Positions 63,892 through 64,000 of a DNA stretch of 64,000 nt are shown here, in pieces. Position 1 is the first letter of the stretch; every line of letters begins with the position of its first letter. A model generated the notes under the pieces. The model saw only the letters and a program-made list of their open reading frames with translations. It did not search any database and was not told the origin of the DNA. Where the stretch lies: positions 81,902,001 to 81,966,000 of the forward strand of contig OZ296657.1 in assembly GCA_965655095.1 (NCBI GenBank). Direction: 5' to 3'. Source of the DNA: Haplodiscus bocki (taxonomy: Eukaryota). Position numbers and translations under genes: made by a program.

Positions 63892-64000
63892 ATACTTGTT
63901 ACACTTGTACATAATTTTATGATAATTAACAGAGTAAATTAAATTTGTGTTCAATCAGTAGTTTTTGTAGTGCCGTGAACCCTTTGAGAATTAGTTATAC

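Overview
Repeat-rich eukaryotic (probably invertebrate animal) genomic window made almost entirely of decayed mobile DNA around one intact host gene. In order: (1) 1-3755, the end of a Polinton/adintovirus-like element, with a frameshifted protein-primed DNA polymerase B, a small accessory ORF and a strand-specific branched hairpin at its boundary; (2) ~7.9-22.0 kb (minus), an env-bearing Ty3/Gypsy element (element 1) whose downstream LTR runs into a second PBS and leader; (3) ~22-26.7 kb, two decayed CR1/L2-type LINE pieces; (4) 27857-42806 (plus), a complete, old env-bearing Ty3/Gypsy provirus (element 2) with both LTRs, a 5-bp TSD and extra sense and antisense ORF remnants; (5) 43722-44897, an intact single-ORF choline-phosphate cytidylyltransferase (PCYT1/CCT) with an N-terminal (KTSFGND)x6 repeat; (6) four tandem ~2.14-kb units at 50.1-58.7 kb plus older dispersed relatives; (7) an RTE LINE fragment and a bounded Mutator (MULE) element with a 9-bp TSD. 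The strongest lead is that both env-bearing Gypsy elements carry a TARG1/OARD1 (DarG-like) macrodomain in pol, at different positions, which suggests retroelement-encoded ADP-ribose erasers. All calls come from motifs read by eye; no searches were run.
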